NCBI GenBank assembly: GCA_963838925.1
Contig: CAWISW010000003.1
Location: 192,001 to 256,000 of the forward strand
Reading direction: 5' to 3'
Length of the DNA stretch: 64,000 bases
From: an uncultured Nitrososphaerota archaeon
Lineage (GTDB): Archaea > Thermoproteota > Nitrososphaeria > Nitrososphaerales > Gagatemarchaeaceae
A program made the position numbers and the translations under genes. Of the stretch, positions 8,925-25,552 are shown piece after piece. Within the stretch, counting starts at the first letter, position 1; the number at the start of each line of letters is the position of its first letter. The notes below the pieces were generated by a model, which worked only from the letters and a program-made list of their open reading frames with translations, ran no database searches and was not told where the DNA came from.

Positions 8925-9638
8925 ATGAACGAGAAGGCAATCTTCGCATTCATTGTCGTGGCGGGCGTCGTGGCCGTCGGGTTTGTTGGAATGACCCCGA
9001 CCAGCACAATAACCCAGACCAGCGCGCTGATCCGGTCAAGCACGGTAGCGGTCCCCTCGAACGTGTCGTCTAGTAACTCAACCATCCAATCGACGGATCA
9101 GTCAACCAATCAGTCGTCATCAACGTCCATGCAATACCCATTGGTGTGGCAGTCGACTTCTCCAACGGTATGCGACATGAATTCATTCTGCGTCGTTGCA
9201 ACGCTCGGGTTCTCAGGTCAGACGGCGACTCAGAGCGAGTCGGCAACGACGATCACTGGAAGCAACGGAACGACCATAGTCGTTTCATCGACCACGACCA
9301 TCATCAGAACCTCGCCGTATCCTCAGACAACTGTGATCGAGCCTCGTCAGAATGCATCTTACTTGATTGCAGCGTTTGCATTTATTCAGGACGCGGTGAC
9401 TGGCCAGAACGTCACCACGAGCAGCGGGCAATCTTCGCTTGGGGAGAGCTGTGCCATCCAACCATCAGGATTTACCCACTGCGTCATCAGCGCCCCTTCA
9501 GGACTGCCTCCTGGGACTTACAAGGTCACAGTGTACATCACAAAGGGAGACGCGCTGTGTTCGCTGGTGCACAACAATCCACCCTGCACGTCACAATTGC
9601 TCGCACCCCCAAGCCGGACGATCACCATAACGGTGTAA
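8925..9638 (+). CDS. Secreted/membrane-anchored S/T-rich protein with C-terminal Ig-like beta domain
   Basis: Signal/TM at N-terminus, S/T linker, paired Cys, LPPGTYKVTVYI. Confidence 0.8.
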   Translation: MNEKAIFAFIVVAGVVAVGFVGMTPTSTITQTSALIRSSTVAVPSNVSSSNSTIQSTDQSTNQSSSTSMQYPLVWQSTSPTVCDMNSFCVVATLGFSGQTATQSESATTITGSNGTTIVVSSTTTIIRTSPYPQTTVIEPRQNASYLIAAFAFIQDAVTGQNVTTSSGQSSLGESCAIQPSGFTHCVISAPSGLPPGTYKVTVYITKGDALCSLVHNNPPCTSQLLAPPSRTITITV

Positions 9639-9664
9639 GGTGACCGAGAGTTGCGGGTTACTCT

Positions 9665-9744
9665 AGCTCCCGCTAGGCTTGTCTAAAATGAAAGTACGCA
9701 GGGCATTCGCCATGCACAAGGGTTCATTGCGCCTCCGCCGGGGC
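9665..9744 (-). repeat. 23S trailer repeat copy D
   Basis: agctcccgctaggcttgtctaaaatgaaagtacgcagggcattcgccatgcacaagggttcattgcgcctccgccggggc. Confidence 0.95.
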
Positions 9745-9759
9745 TACAGAGCTTTCTGG

Positions 9760-10688
9760 TTACCCGTTATTGTAAGAATCGCAGTTCTGCATGAGCGAGG
9801 AGATCGCTGCGATCGGGAAGCAGACCGTTGTCGAGTCGAAGCCGCTGATCGTGGAAGCGTAGACCCCCACCGGCGAGCTTAGACAAGTGTGAAGTCCATT
9901 ATTGTAGTTGAAGTCCGAGGCGTTCACCTGCGATGGCGTGTGTCCGACTGCCAGCGAGAGAGACGAACAATCTTGGTTGGGAACGGAATACAGATAGAAG
10001 CCGGTGGAGTTGGACAACGCCGTAACTTGGTAGACTACCGTGACGTAGCCCAGGTACGGGGAGAGTTGGACAGAACTCGGATATGCGCTCACTTGAAAGG
10101 AGTGGGAAATCTCGCTCTGGACGCAGCCAGGTCCTTTGGTACAGGTATTGAGATACACCGAGAGCGAAAGGTTCCAGAAAGCCCCTTGGTAGGCAGGAGC
10201 AATCTCATGATACGACGTCGAGTTTTGTGCCCAAGTCGTTTGGTATGTCACGCAAGCGGTAGCGCCGTCTCCCCAGGATTCATTAGCAGGATTGGCACGA
10301 AGACGGTATCGTTAGGGCCCGTTGTCCGCTGCGGCGCAGGCTGCGTCCCCGAACAGGCATTCAGTGTGGCCTCAAGGTCGCTGACCTCGCTCTCAACGAA
10401 AGAGAGTTGTTGCTGGACCTGACTCGAGTTGCTCTGTGACAATTGCGCTTGAATGATGTCCATCTCAGAGGAAATGCTCTTCATCTGGGCGAGTTCGCCT
10501 GAAGAGGCAGTCACGTTCAGCGCATGAACCTGGGCCTGAAGCCGGTTAATCTCTTGGCGTTGCTGACTCACGTCAGAGTTTTGACTCTGGTAGGATTCGA
10601 ATAGGTATCCTGCGGCCGCGACGGAAATGATTGCGATGATCAAGACCGCGACGAATTCGTTTCTGTAGTTTCGTCTGCTCGGCTCCAT
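9760..10688 (-). pseudogene. Membrane-anchored coiled-coil plus Cys-rich beta surface protein, split by a frameshift near 10262
   Basis: MEPSRR..TM..coiled coil..VPILLMNPGETA continues in another frame as TACVTYQTTWAQ; the ORF track splits it in two. Confidence 0.65.
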
Positions 10689-10748
10689 GTGAGGCTCCGA
10701 TTTCCCGCTGCTCGCTCTTATTTTAGAGCAGTGAATAGATGCTACAGC

Positions 10749-10876
10749 CTCCGCTAGGATTGCAAAATTGAAGTTGCAGGGCTTGTCGCCATACACAGGG
10801 TTCATCGCGCCTCCGCCGGGGCATTTCACTCACATGTTGAGCTGTAGGTAGTGGACGGGCTGAACTAGTCGCCCGA
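10749..10876 (-). repeat. 23S trailer repeat copy B, longest, including ~40 nt of the mature 23S 3' end
   Basis: Extends through taggtagtggacgggctgaactagtcgcccga, identical to 11919-11950. Confidence 0.97.
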
Positions 10877-10977
10877 GGACTCTCCAGCTCAGGCCGCGAA
10901 CGTCGGGTGAACACCAAGAACAGGTGGTTAGCGATGCTCACTGAGGGCGTAAATAATACCAAGGCAACAAGCGACAC

Positions 10978-11193
10978 GTGAGAAGAATAGCTCTGCTTGC
11001 TTATGCCGTTTGCCTCGGCGCTTTCCTCGCGTTCTTCTTCTTCGCCCCCGTTGTTTCTCCAATAGCAGGATGTTGCTGCATTTACTCCCCGGGCCCACAC
11101 TATCAGTCGCTCTCCTTTACGATGTTCAGAGTGGGAGAGATTGACCTGTTGGGCAATTTCTTCTGGCAGCCGCATCCCTTTCCCATCTGCTGA
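10978..11193 (+). CDS. Small membrane protein with Cys loop
   Basis: TM helix then APVV..GCCC..YQSLSFTMFRVG; TATA-like taaata at 10951-10956. Confidence 0.65.
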   Translation: MRRIALLAYAVCLGAFLAFFFFAPVVSPIAGCCCIYSPGPHYQSLSFTMFRVGEIDLLGNFFWQPHPFPIC

Positions 11194-11221
11194 CCGCCAT
11201 CACCATCGATTGGACAGAGAC

Positions 11222-11251
11222 ACACACAAGGCTTCATTGCGCCTCAGCAGG
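11222..11251 (-). repeat. Degenerate 23S trailer repeat copy C (core only)
   Basis: acacacaaggcttcattgcgcctcagcagg versus atacac(a)agggttcattgcgcctccgccgg. Confidence 0.75.
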
Positions 11252-11313
11252 TTGACTGCTCCAGAAAGCGTATCTAACCTCTCGACCTTCATTGGAAGGC
11301 TAGGATCGTCACT

Positions 11314-11790
11314 TTGGAACTTGCCTTCAAGGACTATGTGGTCTGGCTGAAGAGACTCTCCCTACTGGGCGTGTTCGTCGGTTACATTATCGGCAGACTG
11401 CCTCCCCCTCTGCCCACTTGCAACAACGGACAACCATTCTGCTTCTCCAATGGGCCGCCCATCGTGCCCATAACCGCCATCATAGGAATCCCGCTGCTTC
11501 TGCTCTGTGCGTTTGGACTTGCTGCCTTCTTCCTGATCAGGCAGGTCGCCCCCGGTGAAACGGGAGGTGCGATGAGCAGGATTTGGCTCGCGCTTGCCGT
11601 AGCTATCGCGCTGCCGCTAATGATATTCACTTACGAGGAACAGGCGACATTAGCGTGGTTCCAGACCCCGCTTACACCGCTAACTGTGGGAATCGGAGTG
11701 CCTGTCATTGCTTTCTCCGTCTTCAGGCTCGTCAGGCCCTACAGGACCAAGTGGAGATCCAAAGCGGACGAGAATGAACTATTCGCCTAG
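11314..11790 (+). CDS. Hypothetical multi-pass membrane protein
   Basis: Four hydrophobic segments and a CNNGQPFC loop. Confidence 0.7.
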   Translation: MELAFKDYVVWLKRLSLLGVFVGYIIGRLPPPLPTCNNGQPFCFSNGPPIVPITAIIGIPLLLLCAFGLAAFFLIRQVAPGETGGAMSRIWLALAVAIALPLMIFTYEEQATLAWFQTPLTPLTVGIGVPVIAFSVFRLVRPYRTKWRSKADENELFA

Positions 11791-11862
11791 GTCTTGACGC
11801 AGCTCTTATTTTGGTGTGCGAGCTCCGCTACGCTTGTCCAAAATGAAGTAGCAGGGCATTCG

Positions 11863-11897
11863 CCATACACAGGGTTCATTGCGCCTCCGCCGGGGCA
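11863..11897 (-). other. Native 3' arm of the 23S pre-rRNA BHB processing stem (repeat copy A; trailer homology extends left to ~11818)
   Basis: RNA CCCCGGCGGAG-GCGC-AAU-GAACCCUGUGUAUGGC pairs with the 5' arm GCCGUGCAUAGGGUUC-GCGC-AAG-CAUCCGCCGGGG (15584-15618, minus), giving a 3-4-3 BHB. Confidence 0.9.
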
Positions 11898-11904
11898 TTT
11901 CACT

Positions 11905-15565
<3,661 letters not shown>

Positions 15566-15583
15566 GTGTCGAATGATTAACAT

Positions 15584-15618
15584 CCCCGGCGGATGCTTGC
15601 GCGAACCCTATGCACGGC
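15584..15618 (-). other. 5' arm of the 23S BHB processing stem
   Basis: Complementary to 11863-11895 and to the displaced repeat copies. Confidence 0.9.
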
Positions 15619-15803
15619 TTCATCACGGGGGTGCCATAGGTCGCGCTCGCAATTTCCGTGGCGCGCCGTGGTCCTTCCTTGTCCCGCTTGCCCTTCGCAT
15701 GTCATTCAGCATGACATGCTGCATACTTCTGACATCGGCCTTGCTCAACAGCATTTATTCCTTTGCAGTGCGAGAACATCCTTGCTCCCGACGTTTTTAC
15801 ACT

Positions 15804-17302
<1,499 letters not shown>

Positions 17303-17507
17303 CGATTATATCGGGAGCAAGAATATTCTCGCATAACTGCGGAATCTTACTGTTTAGCAAAGCCAATGTCAGATCTAACATTTCGGTTAGATCTCCACTG
17401 TTTGTACGCGCATCTGGAGGTCGTACGTCTCAAAGCAAGGGCTCCGCCCGTCCGCTCCACGCAGACGCCGCCAAGCTATGCGCAAATTACCCAGTCCCCG
17501 CCGTCTG

Positions 17508-17530
17508 GATATAAACCTTGCACCGTTTTT
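17508..17530 (-). promoter_or_regulatory. rRNA operon promoter (TATA box)
   Basis: Minus-strand GGTTTATATC about 200 nt upstream of 16S. Confidence 0.6.
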
Positions 17531-17573
17531 TGTGAGGGAAGGCTGAGACGAAAGGTCAGGAGCCCGGGTACGG

Positions 17574-18150
17574 CTAGAACCCGAAGGTCTTCTTGTTCAA
17601 CCAGGGTATCAGGGCCATCGAGACGCACTGCTCGGTCATCTCCACGCGCGAGAGTCGCTTCCCGCTCAGGTGGTAGACTATCCCGTGTTCCTCGCGGACC
17701 ACCTCTGCCCCGGTGAGCTCGTGGGTGTAACGGTCGAGCTCTTCCCCGTTCCGTTTCACCTTGGTCGCGAATCTCTTTGGGATCGGAAACCCGGAGGAGC
17801 ATCCGAAGGAGAGGTGGCCTGAGAAGTCGACGACCGCCGCGACCTGGAGGTTCAGGTAGTGCCCCGGCCACCCCTTCCCGAGCCCGATCAGGCCGGCCTC
17901 CACGCCGACACCGAAATCCGGTCTCGCGGACTCGAGCGCGAAGATCGCCCTCTCCTCGGCTCCCTCGACCGTCTCGTCGAGGCTGAGCGGTTGGGCCCTC
18001 ACCAGTGACGTGGTGTCGACCGCCTTGATTTCGACGTCCGGGAAGATGGCTGGAGAAGGCCCTCTGCACCCCGAGGGTCTTGGCCGCGTTCCTCGAGCCC
18101 ACTGCGACCACCACGCGCTTGGTGGGACGGCGGCCTCTTTGTCTCGGCAT
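17574..18150 (-). pseudogene. yjjX: Inosine/xanthosine triphosphatase (YjjX/DUF84), frameshifted near 18050
   Basis: VAVGSRNAAK in one frame; QPLSLDETVEGA..GVGVEAG in another; one extra base in ttctccagccatc. Confidence 0.8.
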
Positions 18151-18154
18151 GAGG

Positions 18155-21116
<2,962 letters not shown>

Positions 21117-21259
21117 GCAACTGTGCGGTTTTCGACGACGGCCGCTATAAGGCTATGGCACGTAGAACATGGGATCGCATGGCCGCCGCCATCCTGTTAG
21201 CCGACGGAGACGCGGCACGAGACGAAAGCCTTTTTGACCGCATGCAGCCCTCGAATTCT

Positions 21260-21405
21260 GCGAGAGTAGCTAAGCCTGGTCAACGGCGGCGGGGCCGATT
21301 CGGCGCCGATACTCAAGATCAGATGTCGCTCCGGGGCCTACAGCGACGCAAGGAGAAATCCGCTCGTTTAGGCGTTCGTGGGTTCGAATCCCACCTCTCG
21401 CACCA
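21260..21405 (+). tRNA. tRNA-Leu(CAA) with two BHB introns (30/31: 21293-21310; 37/38: 21318-21357)
   Basis: Cloverleaf restored after removing the introns; anticodon 21314-21316; encoded CCA. Confidence 0.9.
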
Positions 21406-21412
21406 TATCAAT

Positions 21413-21706
21413 CTAGTACACGAACGCCTTCACAGGCCGCGACAAGAGCGTCCGCATGAATTCGCTCAGGTCCTCCCTCTTTTGGAATTCCTTCACGAGC
21501 AACCTCCTGCCCGGGACTGGGTTGGTGCCGGCCTTTCTTTCATAGACCATCAGGGTGTAGGTGTCATGCGGCGACCTCGTGACGAAGACGAACTGCCTCT
21601 TCTTCCCTTGGAAGTCTCCGAACGTCCTGATGCCGCTGTCGAGGTCGAGCAGGTCCACCTCTCTCATGAGCTTGGGCAACGAGGTCACGCTCTTTTCGAA
21701 GAACAA
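21413..21706 (-). CDS. Hypothetical protein
   Basis: 97-aa ORF with genome-typical codon usage; fills the gap between tRNA-Leu and cysS. Confidence 0.65.
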   Translation of the reverse strand: MFFEKSVTSLPKLMREVDLLDLDSGIRTFGDFQGKKRQFVFVTRSPHDTYTLMVYERKAGTNPVPGRRLLVKEFQKREDLSEFMRTLLSRPVKAFVY

Positions 21707-21818
21707 CCGCTCAACGCGTCCGAGTCGGGAGCCCGACCCACGCCATATGAGACTTGCGCTTCAGAAAAAAGGCTAACATACAAGCCGGGTTCGCCGTTGA
21801 AGGCAAGAGGATGATAGC

Positions 21819-23036
21819 GTGAGCCGCGGCAGAGTCTTGCTGTTCAACTCGATGAGCCAGAGGAAGGAGCCGTTGGACATCGTGCAAGGGGAGGCGGTCC
21901 GGATGTTCGTTTGCGGCCCGACGGTCCAGAGCTTCATCCACGTGGGGCATGCGCGGACGTACGTCTTCTACGACGTGCTCTCTCGCTACCTCACCCACCT
22001 CGGCGCCCGCGTCAGCTTTTTGGTCAACATCACGGACGTGGACGACCGGATAACCGAGGCGGCCAAGAGAGAGGGGGTGAAGACGAGCGAGATCGTGCGG
22101 AAGTACTCGGCCGCGTTCTTCGAGGACCTGAAGGGCCTCGACGTGAAGTCGGTGACGAGTTTCGAGAGCGTCTCCAAGTACATCGAGGTCATGGTCGACC
22201 AGATCTCCATCCTGGTCGAGAACGGGTACGCGTACCTGGCCGACGGCGTCGTCTACTTTGACACTTCGAAATATCCAGCCTACGGCAAGCTCTCGCACCA
22301 GTCCAAGAGCGAGCTGTCGCTGAGGCCGCTGGAGCTCACCGCGAACAAGAAGAACCTCCTCGACTTCGCGCTGTGGCGCCCGGTCACATTGGAGGAGGGA
22401 AAGTGGGACAGCCCGTGGGGGAGGGGGTCCCCGGGGTGGCACATCGAGGACACCGCGGTGACGCTGACCAACTTCGGGCCGCAGTACGACATCCACGGCG
22501 GGGCCTACGAGCTGATCTATCCGCACCACGAAGCCGAGCTCGCGCAGGGGGAGTCGCTGACCGGCATCAGCCCGCTTGTGAGGTATTGGGTCCACACGGG
22601 GCTCGTCAACCTCGTCGGGCGGAAGATGTCCAAGTCCGCGGGGAACACCCAACTCGTCAGGGAGCTCCTCAAGGAATACAGCGCCGACGAGCTGAGGTAC
22701 TACCTGCTTTCGTGGCACTACAGAGACGACGTGGAGTTCAGCCTTCAGCGGCTCAAGGGGGCGAGCAAGGCGTACTCCAGGGCTGCCGCGGGGGCAGGAA
22801 GGCTCAGCGCGTTCACCGCGAAGGCCACCAGCAGGGTGGGGCCCTCGCCTGACGCGGTCCGGAAGCGCCTCTCCCCGTTCTACGCTGCGATGGACGACGA
22901 CCTCGATACGCCCAAGGCGATAAAGTGGGTCGAGGACGAGCTCATCGGCGGGAGCTCATCGGACGAGGCTCGCGACTACTGGGCCCTCCGTGCGGTCTCA
23001 GAGGTGCTGGGAGTTGACTTCCTTGCCAAGCAGTGA
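21819..23036 (+). CDS. cysS: Cysteine--tRNA ligase (short form)
   Basis: CGPTV..HVGHAR, DFALW, PGWHIE, DIHGG..PHHE, KMSKS. Confidence 0.92.
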   Translation: MSRGRVLLFNSMSQRKEPLDIVQGEAVRMFVCGPTVQSFIHVGHARTYVFYDVLSRYLTHLGARVSFLVNITDVDDRITEAAKREGVKTSEIVRKYSAAFFEDLKGLDVKSVTSFESVSKYIEVMVDQISILVENGYAYLADGVVYFDTSKYPAYGKLSHQSKSELSLRPLELTANKKNLLDFALWRPVTLEEGKWDSPWGRGSPGWHIEDTAVTLTNFGPQYDIHGGAYELIYPHHEAELAQGESLTGISPLVRYWVHTGLVNLVGRKMSKSAGNTQLVRELLKEYSADELRYYLLSWHYRDDVEFSLQRLKGASKAYSRAAAGAGRLSAFTAKATSRVGPSPDAVRKRLSPFYAAMDDDLDTPKAIKWVEDELIGGSSSDEARDYWALRAVSEVLGVDFLAKQ

Positions 23037-24336
23037 GGAGAGGGCGTACGAACTCAACGAGGTGAGCTGGTGGGCGAAGTGGGCCGACGAGACGGTGTGG
23101 GTGTCCAAGAACTGCTACGCGATCTTCTCTGAGGCCTTCAAGGACGAGCAGTTCTACAACCGAGGAGGCTTCCTCGGGGTGGAGAGGGTCCCGGAGCTGG
23201 TGGTCGAGGCGGTCGAGAAGGAGTTCGCGAAGAGGAGGCGCCAAGCGCCCTGCATGCTGGTCGAGGAAGGGCGCCAATGGGACAAGCTTCGCGCCTCCCT
23301 CTCCTCGAAGGGATATGCGGTCGGCGACAAGATGCTGGTGATGGAGAGCAGGCCCCAGGCCAAAGGCAAGTCGGCCCCGAACCCCGACGTCGAGATCACG
23401 CTGGTGGGCTCGCGCTCAAAGGGAAAGGAATTGCAGGAATGGACGAAGGTCTACCTGCAGGCGTTCTACGGCGACCAGAGGCTGAGCGGAGCGGTCAACA
23501 AAATCATGCGGAAGGTCGTCAGGGACAAGAAGGCGAGCGTCGTCCTGGCGAGAATCGGTAGGACCCCGGTCGGATGCGCCGCTCTGTACAGGACGGCCGG
23601 AGGAGTGGCCGGTGCCTATTGCGTCGGGACTGAGCCGCGCTTCAGAGGAAGGGGCGTCGCCGCCACGATGCTGAAGTCTATGCGAGCGTTGGCTGAAGAC
23701 GAAGGTAGGCGGCTGATCATTCAGGCCATGGCCTCCGACGGAGTGGAAGGCTTCTACCTCAAGCAGGGGTTCAACCTAGCATACACGAAGAGCGTGTTCG
23801 CGCGCCGGCCCCGGAGGCGCACCGTGGGGAACGACTTGCCCTCCGGAGAGACCTTCGGCGTGGCCATGGACAGGGGAGCGGACGCGGGGGCCACCAAGCC
23901 TTTCGCCGAGGTGTTTTCGGGGTTCGAAGGCGTCGAGGCGGTAAGGAGGCTCTTCGGCGCCGACACGGAGGAGGTCATCTCTAAGCTGAAGGTCTCCTTG
24001 GACTCGCCCCGGGGATACCTCCGAGTCGACGGCGAGACCGGGAACGTCATGATAAACCCTGAGTACCTCAAGACCGGGCAGGAAAGGCACCTCTACCTCG
24101 ACGTGATCCATGAGCTCACGCACGTGAAGCAGTTCAGGGAGGGTAAGGAGCTCTACGACAGGAGATATGCGTACTTCGAGAGGCCGACGGAGATCGAGGC
24201 ATACCAAGTGGCGGTCGACGAGGCGCGTAAGATAGGGATGGAGGAGGAAGAGATCATCGACTACCTCAGGGTCGAGTGGGTGACCGAAGAGGAGTTCCAG
24301 AGGTTCGTGTCGAAGATGCGGATCAACCAGGGCTGA
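22990..24336 (+). CDS. GNAT acetyltransferase fused to a C-terminal zincin-like (HExxH) domain; start uncertain
   Basis: VGTEPRFRGRGVA..FYLKQGF, then VIHELTHVKQ..EIEAY. Confidence 0.8.
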   Translation: MRSQRCWELTSLPSSEERAYELNEVSWWAKWADETVWVSKNCYAIFSEAFKDEQFYNRGGFLGVERVPELVVEAVEKEFAKRRRQAPCMLVEEGRQWDKLRASLSSKGYAVGDKMLVMESRPQAKGKSAPNPDVEITLVGSRSKGKELQEWTKVYLQAFYGDQRLSGAVNKIMRKVVRDKKASVVLARIGRTPVGCAALYRTAGGVAGAYCVGTEPRFRGRGVAATMLKSMRALAEDEGRRLIIQAMASDGVEGFYLKQGFNLAYTKSVFARRPRRRTVGNDLPSGETFGVAMDRGADAGATKPFAEVFSGFEGVEAVRRLFGADTEEVISKLKVSLDSPRGYLRVDGETGNVMINPEYLKTGQERHLYLDVIHELTHVKQFREGKELYDRRYAYFERPTEIEAYQVAVDEARKIGMEEEEIIDYLRVEWVTEEEFQRFVSKMRINQG

Positions 24337-24380
24337 CTGAGTTACAGGGTTTATACGCACCCGGAGAGGCCTGACAAGTC

Positions 24381-24710
24381 ATGCTGAAGGCCGTCCATGT
24401 CGTCTACGCGGACTGGTGCCCTCACTGCGTCCCGACGACCGTGGAGCCATTGGAGCGCGCGGCGAAGGAGCTCGGAGTTCCTCTGGTCCTCCACGACATC
24501 GACACCGAGGACGTCGACGAGGCTGACGGGCTAGTGAAGAAGTATGGGGACTGGACGCCGGACTATCTGATACCTCAGGTCTTCCTTGAAACGGCCGACG
24601 GCGTGATTGAGCACGTGTTGACGGGGGACCCCCGAGGCCTAAAGTTCACCAGAGACGCAGTGGACGCCTTAGTCAGGGGAAGGCTATCCAAGCAACCCGT
24701 GTTGCGGTAG
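24381..24710 (+). CDS. Thioredoxin/glutaredoxin-like protein
   Basis: WCPHC motif and a cis-Pro-like IPQV motif. Confidence 0.8.
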   Translation: MLKAVHVVYADWCPHCVPTTVEPLERAAKELGVPLVLHDIDTEDVDEADGLVKKYGDWTPDYLIPQVFLETADGVIEHVLTGDPRGLKFTRDAVDALVRGRLSKQPVLR

Positions 24711-24728
24711 CTGCGAGACGAAATCCGA

Positions 24729-25415
24729 TTAGGAGACCAGAGACCCGACGCGCTCGCCGAGGAGGGCCTTACGCACGTTCGAGGGGAAGAACCCGTTGGT
24801 CACTACGAGCACCAGCTTGTGCTTCGACACGAACCTCGCCGCGACGGGGTCGACGATGCTGTGGATCCCAGGCCTGTGCTGGGTGCCTCCCAGAATCCTG
24901 ACCAACTCCTGGTACGACAGGTTGTGCAGAAGCTTCGCTTCCTTGTCCGTCCTCGGGTCGGCGGTGTATACCCCGTCCTGGTCGGACGCCTTCACCAGCA
25001 AGTCAGAGTGCCACGCGTCCCCGAGTATCGCGGCTACCGTGTCTGTGGTGATTCCTGGCCTCAGCCCTCCCATCACCCCTATCCCGTTCTTCTCCAGCTC
25101 GACTATCATCCCCTGTATTGTGGTGGAGACCCTCTTGACGCCGAGCTTCATGCCCACGAGCTTTGCGTTGAGGCGTGACGCGTCGATTGCAATCATGTCC
25201 TGCGCTTCGCGGGGGAGCAGGAGCTCCTTGGCGGTGGTGATGTAGGCGCGTGCGACCGGCCCGCCACCTACGACGACGCCGACGGAGAGACCAGCCTTCC
25301 TGGCTTCAGAGATAACCTCGGCATACCCCTTGAGGAGCTTCGCCTGCGGAGGGGAGCCGAGAACCGACCCGCCTATGCGAAGGACGATCTTCTTGCCGGA
25401 GGCGGGTTTGGACAT
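24729..25415 (-). CDS. pyrH: UMP kinase
   Basis: IGGSV, VVVGGG, PGITTDTVAA, DGVYTADP. Confidence 0.93.
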   Translation of the reverse strand: MSKPASGKKIVLRIGGSVLGSPPQAKLLKGYAEVISEARKAGLSVGVVVGGGPVARAYITTAKELLLPREAQDMIAIDASRLNAKLVGMKLGVKRVSTTIQGMIVELEKNGIGVMGGLRPGITTDTVAAILGDAWHSDLLVKASDQDGVYTADPRTDKEAKLLHNLSYQELVRILGGTQHRPGIHSIVDPVAARFVSKHKLVLVVTNGFFPSNVRKALLGERVGSLVS

Positions 25416-25552
25416 ATGGACGAGTGAGCATGCCCGGGATAGTTTTTATAAAGGTGAATGCCCTAAACTCCTCATCCGACGATGGAGTCCCGAGTCAGGC
25501 CAGAAGTAGTTAACAGCGAATCCGTCAGCTGACTCACCGGAGGTCATCCTCA

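Noticed and set aside
1918-11175. ORFs that start in or cross the repeat (MKCPGGG.., MSKMKVRR.., MHGECP.. extension of the antitoxin)
   Set aside because: Their shared peptides are translations of the non-coding repeat, not a protein family.
25470-25550. Possible structured leader or C/D sRNA before aRF1 (gagtcag..ctgactc)
   Set aside because: Only a 7-bp stem, no convincing C box and no rRNA/tRNA target identified by eye.
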